Shown here piece after piece: positions 46,743-60,524 of a stretch of 64,000 bases of DNA. Under the pieces are notes generated by a model. That model worked only from the letters and a program-made list of their open reading frames with translations, searched no databases and had not been told where the DNA came from. The position numbers and the translations under genes are program-made. Each line of letters opens with the position of its first letter. Position 1 is the stretch's first letter. Source of the stretch: the human T2T-CHM13v2.0 reference genome, Homo sapiens; assembly GCF_009914755.1 (NCBI RefSeq), contig NC_060933.1; one strand, given 5' to 3'.

Positions 46743-46950
46743 TGTCTTAATCAGTTTAGGCTGATATAATAAATTATCATAAACTGCGTGGCTTAAACAA
46801 GAAATATTTATTTCTCATAGTTCTGGTGGCTGGCAAGTCCAAGATCAAGGCATCAGCATGGTTGAGTTCCAGTAACTGCTGATTGCAGACTGCTGATTTC
46901 TTATTTTATTCCTACATGGTGGAAAAAGAGCAAGCTAATTCTCTGGCCTC
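46743..46950 (-). mobile_element. MLT1/MST LTR fragment
   Basis: tgtcttaatcagtttaggctg...atttatttctcatagttctggtggctggcaagtccaagatcaagg. Confidence 0.75.
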
Positions 46951-47384
46951 TCCTGTCCAATTTGTAAAATTTCATATTCAGACATGTAAAAGTTATAATG
47001 CTTATTTCAAATTGAGAATCAGTAGGGTGATAGGCATTTTAGCAAGAAACATAATTATCTCCATATATAAACTAATTTTAAATATTACAGTTTAGTTTTC
47101 CAGGTACTAATTCCTTGGCTCATATAAAATGTATACTTCAGAAAATCTCTTTCCTTGTTTCTGCTTTTTATTCCAATATTATAACTTCTCATAAAAATGA
47201 AACAAGATAAATTTAAATGCTGTGTAATTCAGCTATCTGGAAAAGGACATCATTCTTCTGATGACACTGAACATGTAGATGAGGAATCATAATGGAGGAA
47301 AGCTATCTTAGTGGGACCAAGTATCCCAGTGGTCACAGACTTAAGGGAAGGGATTCAGGATGTTAGGGATGTAGGGGAGGAAAA

Positions 47385-47866
47385 ACACCATTTACTTCCA
47401 CTATCTTTTTGTCCATAGTCAATTTTGTCTGAGAGTAGTGATTGCTTTAGAGGTGAAGAGCTAAGAAAGACAGATTCATCTTCATTTCTGACCATTTCAC
47501 CTCCAAATATGCATTAAAAGCACTAGTGTAAACTAATTTTATTACTCCTATCCTCCTGCAAGCCTGGAGGACATTGCCTGTGTCCCCCACATTGACTTCT
47601 TCAAGCAGTTTTTGATTCAATTGTTTCCACCCTGACATAACATAAAAGACAATATGGAACACACAGGTAACATTTATATCCTGGAAGGCTTTCTCTACCT
47701 CAGAGAGATGACAGATGTCTCCATGTATAAAGTTGATTCCTTCCAGAATGGTTTGAGCAGGGATACTTATGTCAAACAGAATCATATGGACTCCCTTCTG
47801 ATTCAGAAACAGCCTAGGCAGAACCCAAAATATCTACCACTTCCTGTAATGACAACAATTTCTTTT
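47385..47866 (-). pseudogene. SDR42E1P: SDR42E1 processed pseudogene, main fragment (Rossmann fold through the YxxxK motif)
   Basis: KEIVVITGSGRYFGFCLGC...VHMILFDISIPAQTILEGINFIHGDICHLSEVEKAFQD...LVYTSAFN...HYSQTK matches SDR42E1 as recalled; frameshifts and stops. Confidence 0.9.
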
Positions 47867-49574
47867 TAAAAAAATAATTTTGATTTTATTTTATATTCAG
47901 GGGACATAGCTGCAAGTTTTTACACAGGTATGTGGAATAATGCTGATGTTTAGGATATGGATTCCATCACCCAGGTAGTGAGCATATTACCTAACAGGCA
48001 GTTTTTCAACCCATCTCCCCTCCCTCCTGCCCCTTCCAGTAGTTCACAGTGCCTAGTGTTACCATATTTATGTCAATGTGTACTCAGTGTTTAGCTCCCA
48101 CTTACAAGTGAGAACAAGCTGTATTTGGTTTTCCATTCCTATATTATAACAATTTACTTAGGGTTATGGCCTCCAGTTGCATCCATGTTTCTGAAAAGGA
48201 CATGATTTCATTCTTTTCTATAGCTGTGTAGTATTCTGTGGTGTATATGTACTACTACTACATTTTTAAAATTCAATCTACCGTTGATAAGCACCCAGGT
48301 TAATTCCATGTCTTTGCTATTGCGAATAATGCTGTTATGAACATACAAGTGTATGTGTCTTTTTGGTAGAATGATTTATTTTCCCTTGGGTATATGCCCA
48401 ATAATGGGATTGGTAGGTTAAATGGTAGTTCTAAGTTCTTTGAGAAATCTTCAATTGCTTTCCACAGTGGCTGAACCAGTTTACATTCCCCTCAACAGTT
48501 TATAAGCATTCCCTTTTATGCACACACAGCCTCACCAGCATCTGTTGTTTTTTGACCTTTTCATAATAGCCATTCTGACTGGGGTGAGGTGGTATCTTAT
48601 TGTAGTTTTGATTTGCATTGCTCTGATGATAGTGATGTTGGACATTTTTTCATATGTTTGTTGGCCACTTGTATGCCTTCTTTTGAGAAGTATCTGTCCA
48701 TGTCCTTTGCCCATTTTTTAATGGGGTTATTTGTTTGTTTTTTCTTGATTTGTTTGAGCTCCTCATAGGTTCTGGATATTAGACCTTTGTTAGATGCATA
48801 CTTTGCAAATATTTTCTCCTATTATGTAGGTTGTCTGTTTACTGACAGTTTCTTTCGATGAGCAGGAGCTTTTTAGTCTAATTGGGTCCCACATGTCAGT
48901 TTTTGGTTTTGTTGCAATTGCTTTTGGGGACTTAGCCAAAAATTCTTTGCCAAGGCTGATGTCCAGAATACTGTTTTTCCTAGATTTTCTTCCAGGATTC
49001 TTATAGTTTGAGGTCATACATTTAAATCTTGAATTCATTTTGAGTTAATTTTTGTATACGATAAAAGGTAGGGGTCCAGTTTCATTGTTCTGCATATGGC
49101 TAGCTAGTTATTTCAGCACTATTTATTGAATAGGGGACCCTTTTCCCATTTTTTTGTGGGCTTTGTCGAAGAGCAGATGGCTATAGGTGTGCAGAACTGC
49201 TTCTGGATTATCTATTCTGTTCCATTCATCTGTCTTTTTTTGTACCAGGACCAAGCTGTTTTGCTTACTGTAGCCTTATAGTATAGTTTGAAGTTGGGTA
49301 GTGTGATGCCTCCAGCTTTGTTCTTTTTGCTTAGGATTGCTTTAGCTATTCGGGCTGTTTTTTGGTTCTATATGAATTTTAGAATAGTTTTTTCTAGTTC
49401 TGTGAAAAATGACATTGGTAGTTATAGCATTAAATCTTTAAACTGCTTTGGGCAGCATGGTCATTTTAACAATATTGATTCTTCCAATCCATCAGCATGG
49501 AATTTTTTTTTATTTATTTGTGTCATCTGTGATTTCTTCCAGCAGTGGTTGGCAGTTCTCCTTGTAGAGATCTT

Positions 49575-51015
49575 CTTTCTTTTTCACATTATGGAACCTT
49601 TACTTTTCATGTGATTTCTGTACATAAGGAGTATGAGAGTAACCCTTTCACAAATGAAACTAATCTACTAGAATAAACAATGACAAAACTGAACTGGTAT
49701 TTGATGTAAATCCACAGGCGTTTAAGCTTCAAATTCAGCATCTGATTCTTCTGAGATCTTTCCATCAGCCCTGGTAGTGCCCAACAGGGCTTGGTGCCAG
49801 CTGACATGAGACAAGAAAGCATTCTCAAACTTTGTAATCTTGCTGGGCTCCCGTTTATCAAGATAGCCCCTAATACCCACATGGATAACAGCCACTTGTT
49901 CTTCAATAGCCATGGGAGTATACTGTCTTTGCTTCAGCAACTCAGTTAGACACACACCACAACTCAAAAGTTGTTGAGTGGCAGCATCGAGGTCAGAACT
50001 GAACTGGGCAAAAGTGGTGACCTCATGATACTGAGCCACTTCCAGCTTCATGGTACCTGCCACCTGCTTCATAGCCCTGGTTTGGGCAGCAGATCTGACA
50101 CGAGACACAGACAGACCGACATTAATGGCAGGGTGGATACCTTTGTAGAACAATTCTGTTTCCAAGAAGATCTGTCCGTTCGTGATAGAAATGACATTCA
50201 TTGGAATGTAAGCAGACACATCACCAGTCTGTTTCTATGACTGGCAAAGCAGTCAAGGAGCCACCACCAAAAGCATTGTTCATCTGGGCTGCTCTCTCCA
50301 GCAACTGGGAGCATAGGTAGAACACAACACCAGGATAGGCCTCACAACCAGGGGGTTGGCAGAGCAACAGAAACATCTGATGGTAAGCAACAGCCTGTTT
50401 GGATAAGTTGTCATAGATGGTCAAAGCATGTTTGCCATTGTCTCTAAAATACTCTCCCATGGAACAGCCAGTGTAAGGAGCCAGTTACTGAAGTGGGGCA
50501 GCATCTGAGGCCGTAGCTGACACCACGATGGTGTAATTCATGGCATCTGCATCGTAAGTCTCTTCACCAACTGGGCAACAGTGGATCTCTTTTGACCAAT
50601 AACAACATAGACACAGTACAGCTTCTTCTTTTCATCAGATCCATCATTGAAACATTTCTGGTTAATGATTGTGTCAATAGCAATTGAGATTTTCCCAGTC
50701 TGTCCATTACCAATAATCAGCTCACACTGACCATGGCCAATTGGCACCAAGCTATTTACAACCTTAATGCCAGTCTGCATTGGTTCCTGCACTGAAATTT
50801 GAGGAATGATTCCAGGGGCTTTCAGACCAACTCACCTATGGTTCTTGGAACCAAATGGACCCTTTCCATCAATGGCATTACGAAGGGCATCAACCACATG
50901 ACCCAACAGCTCCTCACCAACTGGAATGTCCACAATGGCTCTTGTCCTCTTCATTCTAGCTCCTTCCTTAATTAGTTAATCATTTCCAAACACGACAACA
51001 CCAACATTGTCAGGT
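49575..51015 (-). pseudogene. ATP5F1AP: ATP5F1A (ATP synthase F1 alpha) processed pseudogene, 5'-truncated at PDNVGVVVFGND
   Basis: Intronless EPMQTGIK...GQKRSTVAQ...[13 protein letters not shown]...[18 protein letters not shown]...FEA*, 3'UTR, short A tail; 13-bp TSD ttgtagagatctt (49562 / 51016); stops and frameshifts. Confidence 0.97.
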
Positions 51016-51137
51016 TTGTAGAGATCTTTAACCTTCTTGGTTAGCTGTATTCCTAGGTATTTCATTTTTGTGTGTGGCTATTGTAAATGGGATTGTGTTC
51101 TTGATTTGGCTCTCAGCTTGAACATTATTGGTGTATA

Positions 51138-51675
51138 TGTAACCAGCTCAAGTCCAGCTGCTCTCCTCTCAGAAGTCAAAGCATGAGAACTGAGGTGTGG
51201 TGAAAGGAAAGCAACTTTTATTGGTCAAATGCTAGCAGATGGGAGAATGTCTGGGCATAAGCCTCAAAAGAGCCATCTCAGCCTTCTGGGCCGAGTGAAG
51301 GGGTTTAAGAAGGAAAAAGGTGTGGGATATAGACATGAGTAGTGAAAAGGGAGTGCATATCTGCATGTCTTGTTCCCATAGTTATCTCAAGTAATCTCCC
51401 ATCTAGAGATCTGATTTGCATCATCCGGACTTGGGCGTAACTCCCCTTGAGTGGGAAGATCTGCGGCTTGGTCTCTCTGCCTGGTTTGTTTCAAAATTGG
51501 CTCCTGGAATTTCTAAGCAAGCACATAGTTAGATGAGCAAGCACTGTACACAGATATGCCTGTAGGGAAAGGGCATAACAAAGAGTCTTACACTATAAGG
51601 CTACATTCTGAGATTAGGAAGGAAAGGAAAAAAATAGTTTAAAAATGTATTTCGAGGCTGAGGTACTCAGATATA
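51138..51675 (-). mobile_element. Solo ERV1 LTR (MER66-like) inside the L1
   Basis: Interrupts L1 ttggtgtata|gaaatgct with a 4-bp TSD tata; TG start; AATAAA on the minus strand at ~51218. Confidence 0.75.
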
Positions 51676-51803
51676 TATAGAAATGCTATTGATTTTTGTA
51701 CATTATTTTTGTACCCTGAAACATTACTGAAGTCATTTAGCAGTTTGACGGGCCTTTTGGCAGAGTCTTTAGGGTTTTCTAGATATAGAATCATATTATC
51801 AGT

Positions 51804-52100
<297 letters not shown>

Positions 52101-52159
52101 TCACACTGTCAGTGAAGAGAGATAATTTGACCTCTTCTTTTTCCCATGCGGATGTCTTT

Positions 52160-52316
52160 GTTTGTTTGTTTGTTTGTTGTTTTTGTTTTTGTATTTTTAG
52201 TAGAGACAGGGTTTCACTGTGTTAGCCAGGATGGTCTCGATCTCCTGACCTCGTGATCTGCCCGCCTCGGCCTCCCAAAGTGCTGGGATTACAGGTGTGA
52301 GCCACCACACCCAGCC
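52160..52316 (-). mobile_element. Left-monomer-only Alu (Sc/Y-type) with (AAAC)n tail
   Basis: Perfect 12-bp TSD gcggatgtcttt (52148 / 52317); no right arm. Confidence 0.9.
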
Positions 52317-54389
52317 GCGGATGTCTTTTATTTCTTCCTCTTGCCTAATTGCTCTGGCTAGGACTGTTAGTACTACATTGAATAGCAGCAGTGAGAGTAG
52401 GCATCATTGTCTTGTTTTTGTTCTTAGGGGGAATGCTTCTGGCTTTTGCCCAGTCAGTATGCTGTTGGCTGTGGGTTTGGTGTAGATGGCTCTTATTATT
52501 TTGAGGTATGTACCTTAGATGCCTAGTTTGTTGAGGGCTTTTATCATGAAGGGATGTTGGATTTTATTGAAAGCTTTTTTTGCATCTACTGAGATGATCA
52601 TATGGGTTTTGCTTTTAATTCTGTTACTGTGGTGGATCACATTTATTGATTTGCATATGTTCAACCAGCCTTGAATCCCAGGAGTAAAGCCTGCCTTATT
52701 GTAGTAAATTAACTTTTTGATGTGCTGCTGGATTCAGTTTGCTAGTATTTTGTTGAGAATTTTCGCACCTATGTTCGTTAGGTATATTGGCCTGAAGTTT
52801 TCTTTTTTTGTTGTGTCTCTGCCAGATTTTGGTATCAGACTGATTCTGGCTTCATAGGATAAGTTAGAGAGGTACCCTTCCTTTTCGATTTTTTTGAATA
52901 GTTTCAATATGATTGGTACCAGTTCTTCTTTTTATGTCTGAGAGAATTTGTCTGTGAATCCATCTGGTCCAGGGCTTTTCTTTTTCTTTTTCTTTTTTTT
53001 CTTTTGGGGTTGGCAGTTTCTTTAATACTGATATAATTTTGGAACTTATTGGTCTGTTCAAGTTTTCATTTTCTTTCTGGTTCAATATTGGGAATTTGTG
53101 TGTTTCCAGGAATTTATCCATTTTCTCTAGGTTTTCTTAATTTGTGTACATAGAGCTGTTCATAATAGTCTCTGAGGATCTTTTGTATTTTTGTGGGATC
53201 AGTTGCAATGTCTTCTTTGTCATTTCTGATTGTACTTATTTAGATCTTCTCTTTTTTTCTTTGTTAATATAGCTAGTGGTTTATTGATCCTGTTTATTCT
53301 TTTGAAGAAAAAACACTTTGTTTCATTGATCTTTTCTATGGATTTTTGTGTCTAAATTTCATTCAGTTCTTCTCTAATTTTAGATATTTATTATCTTCTG
53401 CTTGCTTTGGGGTTGGCTTGTTTTTTTCTAGTTCCTCTAGTTGCAAAGGTACATTGTTAATTTGAGACCTTTCTAATTTCTTGCTGAAGGTTCTTAGTGC
53501 TATAAACTTTCCTCTTAATACTGTTCTAGCTGTGTTCCAGAGATTTTGGTAAGCTGTGTCCCTATTTTCATTTATTTCAAAGAATTTTTTTATTTCTTCC
53601 TTAATTTTATTGTTCACCGAGGAGTTATTCTGGAGCAAGCTGTTCAATTTCCATGTATTTGTGTAGTTTTGGGGAGCTAGGACTGGCTTTCAGCTTCATC
53701 CTCCAGACCCTTGAGATTGGGCCCCAGCTGTTCTGGGGGATCCAAAGTGCTCCCAGGCCACCAGGAAGGTACTCAGGTGAAGCAAAGCACCCAGGCTTGG
53801 CAGCAGAGGCTACTCTGTGCACAACTCCTGCAGGGTGGCCAGGCAGGGGCCCTGGAAGTTTCCCAGTCCCACAGGGAAGCCAGCCACACTCTCTCTTGGG
53901 CCAGCAATCAGCTGAGGCTAGAGCTGCCTGTAGGGAGGTGGGGAGCCCTGGGGGATGGGTGTCTAGGCCATGCTCTGCCACAGCTCCACATGCACAAAAG
54001 CTCCTAGGCTCCATGCCGGTGAAGCCCTGTCTCTGCCAACTCTCTTTGAAGATCCCCCTGCCAGCTCAAATGTCCATGGAGAATGTGAAGTTCTATGTAC
54101 CTAGGATCCCAGAGGTCCACAGTGAGAGTGGCCTGTCCCTCCATCCCTTCACTTATCCCTTCCCCAGGAGGCATTCAGGTCTGGGAACTAGCCCTGTCAT
54201 GCAAGTATCCTGTGCAGGGTTTCCAGCTTCCTCCCTCTTCAGCCTTGTTGTCTGCATCACCTCTGTAATGACTCTCAGCATTTTCTCTCTGAAGATGGGC
54301 GCAAAATACATTGGTGTACTCAATATTTTGGTGTCTCTCAGTGGGAGCAGTGCTTCCTGGCTGTGTCTAGTTGGCCATCTTGTTATGGT

Positions 54390-54450
54390 AACAATTTCTT
54401 TTGGAGATTTTTTGGAGTCCACTTGTGGCAGTCAAAAGATAACTAGACAG
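54390..54450 (-). pseudogene. SDR42E1P: SDR42E1 pseudogene 5' end (5'UTR and first codons; may extend to ~54510)
   Basis: Minus strand gttatcttttgactgccacaa-GTG-gactccaaaaaatctccaaaagaaattgtt = (M)DSKKSPKEIV vs MDPKRSQKESV; joins the 47866 piece across the TSD. Confidence 0.85.
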
Positions 54451-55026
54451 TGGTGGCAGATGACAACTGGGTCCACAGATTGCACAACAAAGAGTAGCCT
54501 GTGGCAGAGAGCTTATTTGAAGAAATGGCTGAAAACTTCCCAAATCTGAAAAACGAAATGGACAACCAAATTTCAGCAGCTTGAAGGACTCTGTCTAAGA
54601 TGAACCTAAAGATCCAACACAATGACACATTATAATCAGTCAAAAGTCCAAGACAGACAATCTTGAAAGCAGCAAGAGAAAGGTGACTTATATACAAGAG
54701 AACTCTCATAAGATTATCAGCAAACTCATCAGCAGGAACATTCCAGACTGAAAGGGAATGGGGTAGTATATTCAAAGGGCTGAAAGAGAAAGAAAACTGC
54801 CAACTAAGAATAGACAGCAAATCTGCCCTTCAAAACTGAAGGAGAAATAAAGATCTTCCCAGATAAGCAAAAGCTGAAGAAGTTCATCACCATTAACCTA
54901 CCTTGCTAGAATTACTAACGGTAGTCCTTTCAGTTGAAATAAAAGAAAGCTAGATACCAACTTGAAAGCATACAAAAGTATAAGGCTCTCTGGTAAAGGT
55001 AAACATATAGTCAAATGCAGAATCTA

Positions 55027-55336
<310 letters not shown>

Positions 55337-56672
55337 TGCAGAATCTTGTCATACTACAATAGTGGTCCATAAATCATTTTTAAATCAGGTATAAATAAAA
55401 GCATAAAAATAACCATAATTATTAAATTATATTAATGGATACAAAATACTAAAAGTATAATTTGTGACATTGATAATGTAAGGTGAATTGGAGGTAAAAG
55501 AGTAGAGGTTTTGTATGCAATTGAATTAAATTTTTAGTTTAAATAAATTGTTATAGCTATAAGATGTTTTATATAATCCCCATGGTAACTTACAGAGAAA
55601 ATTGCTATAGAAGACATACCAAAGAAAATAAGGAAGTCCTCAAAGCATAACACTACAAAAAAAATCAATGAAACACAAAGGCAGCAAGAGAGGAAAAGAG
55701 GGACAAACAACTCTAAGACATACTGAAAACAATTAACAAAATTGCAATAGTAAGTCCTTCCCCATCAATAATTACTTTAAGTGTGAATGGATTAAACTCC
55801 GCAGTCAAAAGACCGAGTGGCGGAATCAATTTTAAAAAGATCCAATTGCATGCTATCTACAAGAGGTTCACTTAGCTTTGAAAACATACACAGGCTGAAA
55901 ATGAAGGAATAGAAAAATATATTCCATGCAAGAGGTAACCAAAATAGCAAGGGTGCCCATACATATATCAGACAAAATAGACATTAAGCTAAAAACTGTC
56001 ACAAGAGAAAAACAAGACACATCATATTGATGAAAGTGTCAATTCACAGTACAACACTTATAAGTCTATATGCACCAAACAGCAGAGCACCCAAATACAT
56101 GAAGCAAACATTGATAGAACTGGAGGAAGAATTAGATTAAAAAAATAATAGGAGGAGATTACAATACTCTTTTTCAATAATAAATAGATCAACCAGAAAG
56201 AAAAATAATAAGGAAATAAAGGACTTGAACAATACTAAAAGTGAATTGACTCTAATAGATATATAAACAATATTCCACCCTATGTTAATATACACATTCT
56301 TCTCAGGTGCACATAAAACAGTCTCCAAGACAGAACACATATTAGGACACAAAACAAGTTTTAACAATTCAAAAAAAAACTGAAAGAAAACCAACTATAT
56401 TTTCTAATAATCATGAAACTAGAAATCTGGACTAGAAAACTCTGAACTAGAAAATTCACAAAGATGTGGAAATTAAGCAATATACTCTTGAACAACTTGA
56501 TGAGTCAAGAAATCACTATTTAACAGTATTTTAAAGCAGGTGAAAATGAAAACACAACACACCAAAACTGTGGCAGTAAATGTTTGTATTTTTAAAAGAA
56601 GATCCCCAATCAATAATTGGAGATAATTTTGTATCTCAAAGAACTAGAAAAAGAATAGCAAACTAAATCCAA

Positions 56673-56728
56673 AGTTAGTAAAAGGAAGGTCCTAGATTAC
56701 AGTTAGCAAAAGGAAGGTCGTAGATTAC
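56673..56728. repeat. 28-bp tandem duplication in L1
   Basis: agttagtaaaaggaaggtcctagattac / agttagcaaaaggaaggtcgtagattac. Confidence 0.9.
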
Positions 56729-57763
56729 AGAAAACATAAATGAAATAGAGAATAAATTAAAAAAAATAGAAAAATCAATGAAATAAGAGTTTTTTTAAAA
56801 AATAAAAAATTTAACAAATTCTTTCAATAAGTAAGAAAATAGAAGTCTAAAGTAGAGTAACACAAATCAGAAATGAGACATTAAAAATGAGGACGCAGAA
56901 GTAAAAAGATTACGAGAGACTGCTATGAACAATACTCCAGTACATTGGATAACTTAGAAGAAATAAATTCTTAGAAATATACTACCTACCAAGATTGAAT
57001 TGTGAATAAATTAAAATCTGAACACATCTATAACTTAGGAGATTGAATTAGTAATCAAAAATCTCCCAATGAAGAAAAGCCCCAGGACTAGACGGTTTCA
57101 CTGATGAGTTTTACCAAACATTTAAAGAGTAGTTAGCATCACTCTTTCTCAAACTCTTCTGAAAAATTTCAGAAGAAAAAATACTTTCATTTTATGAGGC
57201 CAGTATTACCTTAATACCAATGCTAAAGAAGGACACCACAAAAAGACTACACACCAATAATCTTGCTAAATGTTGATGCAAAAATTCTCAACAAAATATC
57301 ATAAACTTAATTCAGCAGTACACTATGACCAAGTGGTATTTATTCCTGGGATGCAAGGATGGTTCAACATACAAAAATTAGTCAATGCAATACACTATAT
57401 TAACTGACAGAAAGGTAAAAAAGTCACATGATCATCTCAATTAGTGCAATAATAAGCTTTTAATAAAATTCAGCACCCTTTCATGTAAAATTCAATAATA
57501 TAGAAATAAAAGAAAATTACATCAACATATAAAAAGCCCTATAGGTAATGCCCATAGCTACCATCATACTCAAGCTTTCCCCCTACAAATAGAAACAAGG
57601 CAAGCATGCCCAGTCTTGCCATGTCTATTCAACACAGTACTGAAAGTTCTAGCCAGAGCAATTAGGCAAGAAAAAGGAGTAAAAAGCATTCAATTTTGAA
57701 CGGAAGAAATAAAATTATCTCTGTTTGCAGATGATATAATCTTACATGTAGAAAACCTGAAGG

Positions 57764-57766
<3 letters not shown>

Positions 57767-57808
<42 letters not shown>
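57767..57808. repeat. (AC)21 microsatellite
   Basis: Uninterrupted AC run. Confidence 0.95.
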
Positions 57809-57812
<4 letters not shown>

Positions 57813-58556
57813 ACAACTGTTACAACTAATAAACTAATTCAGTAAAGTTGCAGGAAACAAAATCAACCCACAAAAATCAGTTGCATTTCTAGACACTAAG
57901 AATAAATAATCAGAAAAGAAAATGTTTTTAAATCCCCTTTACAAGAGCATCAAAAAGAATAAAATACTTAGGAATAAACTCAACCAAAGAGGCAAAAGAC
58001 CTGTATACTGAATACTCTTAATATTGCTGAAAGTAATTAATGAAGACACGAATAAATATAAAGACATCCCATGTTCCTGGATTGGAAAAGAATATGGTTA
58101 CAGTGTTCATACTACCCCCCAAATCTACAGATTCAATGCAGTCCGTATAAAAATCTCATTGGAATTTTTTGCAGAAACAGAAAAAAAATCCAAAATCCAT
58201 TAGGAGTCTCAAAGTATTCCAAATAGTCAAGACAGTTATGAGAAAGAAAAACAAAGCTGGAGGTCTCACACTTCTCAAGTTCAAAAAACAGTGTAAAGCT
58301 ACAGTAATCAAAATAGCATAATACTGGAATAAAGACACACATAGAGACCAATGGGCCAGAATAGAGAGCCCAGAAATAAACTCTCACATATGTGGTAAAA
58401 TAATCTGCCATAAGGGCATCAAGACTATACAATGGGGAAAAGATAGTGTCTTCAACAAATGGTGCTGAGAAAACTTGATATTCACATGTAAAATAATGAA
58501 GTTAGACCCTTACCTTCCTGTACCTATATACAAAAATCACTTCAGAATGAATTAAC

Positions 58557-58846
58557 GGCTAGGTGCAGTGGCTCACGCCTGTAATCCCACCACTTTGGGA
58601 GGCTGAGGTGGGAGGATCGCTCAAGTCCTGGGCAACACTGCGAACCCGTCTCTACAAAAAATGTAAAAATTCCCCCGGGTGTGGTGGCGCGCACCCTGTA
58701 GTGCCACCTACTGGGAGAGGTGGGGGTAAGGCAGGAGGATTGCTTGAGCCCAGAAGGTTGAGGCTGCAGTCAGCTGTGATGATGCCACTGCACTCCAGCC
58801 TGGTTGTCAGAGAGAGACCCTGTCTCAAAACAACAAACAAACCAAA
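58557..58846 (+). mobile_element. AluJ in L1
   Basis: ggaggattgcttgagccc and gaggctgcagt J-type features; TSD-like aatgaattaa / aatggattaa. Confidence 0.9.
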
Positions 58847-60256
58847 ATGGATTAATGACCTAAATGTAAGACCTAAAATTATAAAACTGTAATTTATAAA
58901 ATTATATTTATAAAACTAAAATTTATAAAATTATAACATTATCTAGTAAGATAAAAATATAGGGGAGAAGCTTCATGTTTTTGGATTTGGCAATGATTTC
59001 TTGGACATGACACCAAAGGCAGAGGAAATAAAAGCAAAAATATACAAATGCAACTAAATCAAACTTCAGATCTTCTGCATAGAAAGGAAATAATGAAGAG
59101 AGTGAAAAGGCAACCTACAGAATGGAAGAAAATATTTGCAAACCATGCATCTGATGAGGGTTAATATCCAAACATATAGAGAATTCCTACAACTCAACAA
59201 CATCAAAACTAGACAAACAAACAAACAAAAAACCCTATTAACAAAGTATTTGAATAGACATTTCTTTAAGGATGACATCAATATGGCCAACATTTAAAAA
59301 TATGTTCAATATCACTAATCAGAGAAATGCAAATCAAAACCACAATGAGATGTCACCTCACATCTCTTAGCTAGACCACTATCCAAAAAAACAAAACAGA
59401 AACAGAAAATAAGAAATACTGGCAAGGATATAGAGAACTTGAAACCCTTGTGCACTGTTGGTGTCAATGTAAAATGGTGTAGCCACTATGGAAAACAGAG
59501 GTTCTTCAAAAAATTTAAAACAGGACTACCATATAGTCCAGCAATCCCACTTCTGGGTATATATCAAAAAAATTTAAAGTAGGATTTTGAAAAGATATTT
59601 GCACATCCATCTTTATTGCAGTATTACTCACAATAGCCAAGAGTTGGAAGAACACTAATATCTCCTGACAAATTAATGTATAAACCATATATTCACTGGA
59701 ATATTATTCAGCCTAAAGAAAGAAGAAAATCTTACCATATGCTACAACACGGATAAAGCTTGAGCACATTATGCTACATGAAATATGCCAGTCATGAAAG
59801 GAATAATGCTGCATGATTCCCTGTGTATACATTTTCGAAAGTAATCAAATTCATAGAAACAGAAAGTAGAATGTGACAACCAGAGCTAGGGAAGAGGGGG
59901 AAATTGGGAGTTTTTCCACGGGTACAGAGTTTCCCTTTGGCAAGATGAAAAAGTTACAGAGGCCTATTGCACAACAACTTGCATACAGTTAACAGTACTG
60001 TAATGTACACTTGAAAATGGTTAAAATGTTAAATTTTGTTATTTTTTCTTTACTCACAAAAAAGGAATGAGGAGCTGATACATGCCACAACATGGAGAAC
60101 CCTGAAAACATTATGTTAACTGAAAGAAGTCAGTAACAAAAGACCACATATTATTGACTCCATTCATAAGAAATGTCCACAATAGGACAATCTACTGGGA
60201 GAAAGAAGCCTAGGTGCTGCTTAGGAAGACAAGGAGTAATAGCTGAAGCATGTGGC

Positions 60257-60524
60257 TTTTTTTTCTTTCTTTTTTTTTCTTAAGATGGAGTCTTGCCCTG
60301 TCACCCAGGCTGGAATGCAGGGTTCAAGCAATTCTCCTACCTCAGCCTCCCAAGTAGTTGGGACTACAGGCGCGTGCCACAGTGCCTGGATAATTTTTGT
60401 ATTTTTAGTAGAGATGGGGTTTCACCATATTGGCCAGGCTGATCTCAAACTCCTGACCTCGTGATCTGCCCGCCTCGGCCTCCCAAAGTGCTGGGATGAC
60501 AGGCGTGAGCCACTGCGCCCGGCC
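60257..60524 (-). mobile_element. AluS with an internal deletion, inside an L1ME-like 3' fragment (~60064-60670)
   Basis: tggaatgcag|ggttcaagc jump; TSD-like Rtggctttt. Confidence 0.9.

Noticed and set aside
49722-50792. ATP synthase alpha ORFs as a real gene, NUMT or bacterial insert
   Set aside because: Matches nuclear ATP5F1A mRNA including the 3'UTR; 5'-truncated, frameshifted and flanked by a TSD, so it is a processed pseudogene
53653-54549. 298-aa plus-strand ORF
   Set aside because: Antisense chimera of L1 ORF2, GC-rich L1 5'UTR, SDR42E1P and a second L1; no recognisable domain
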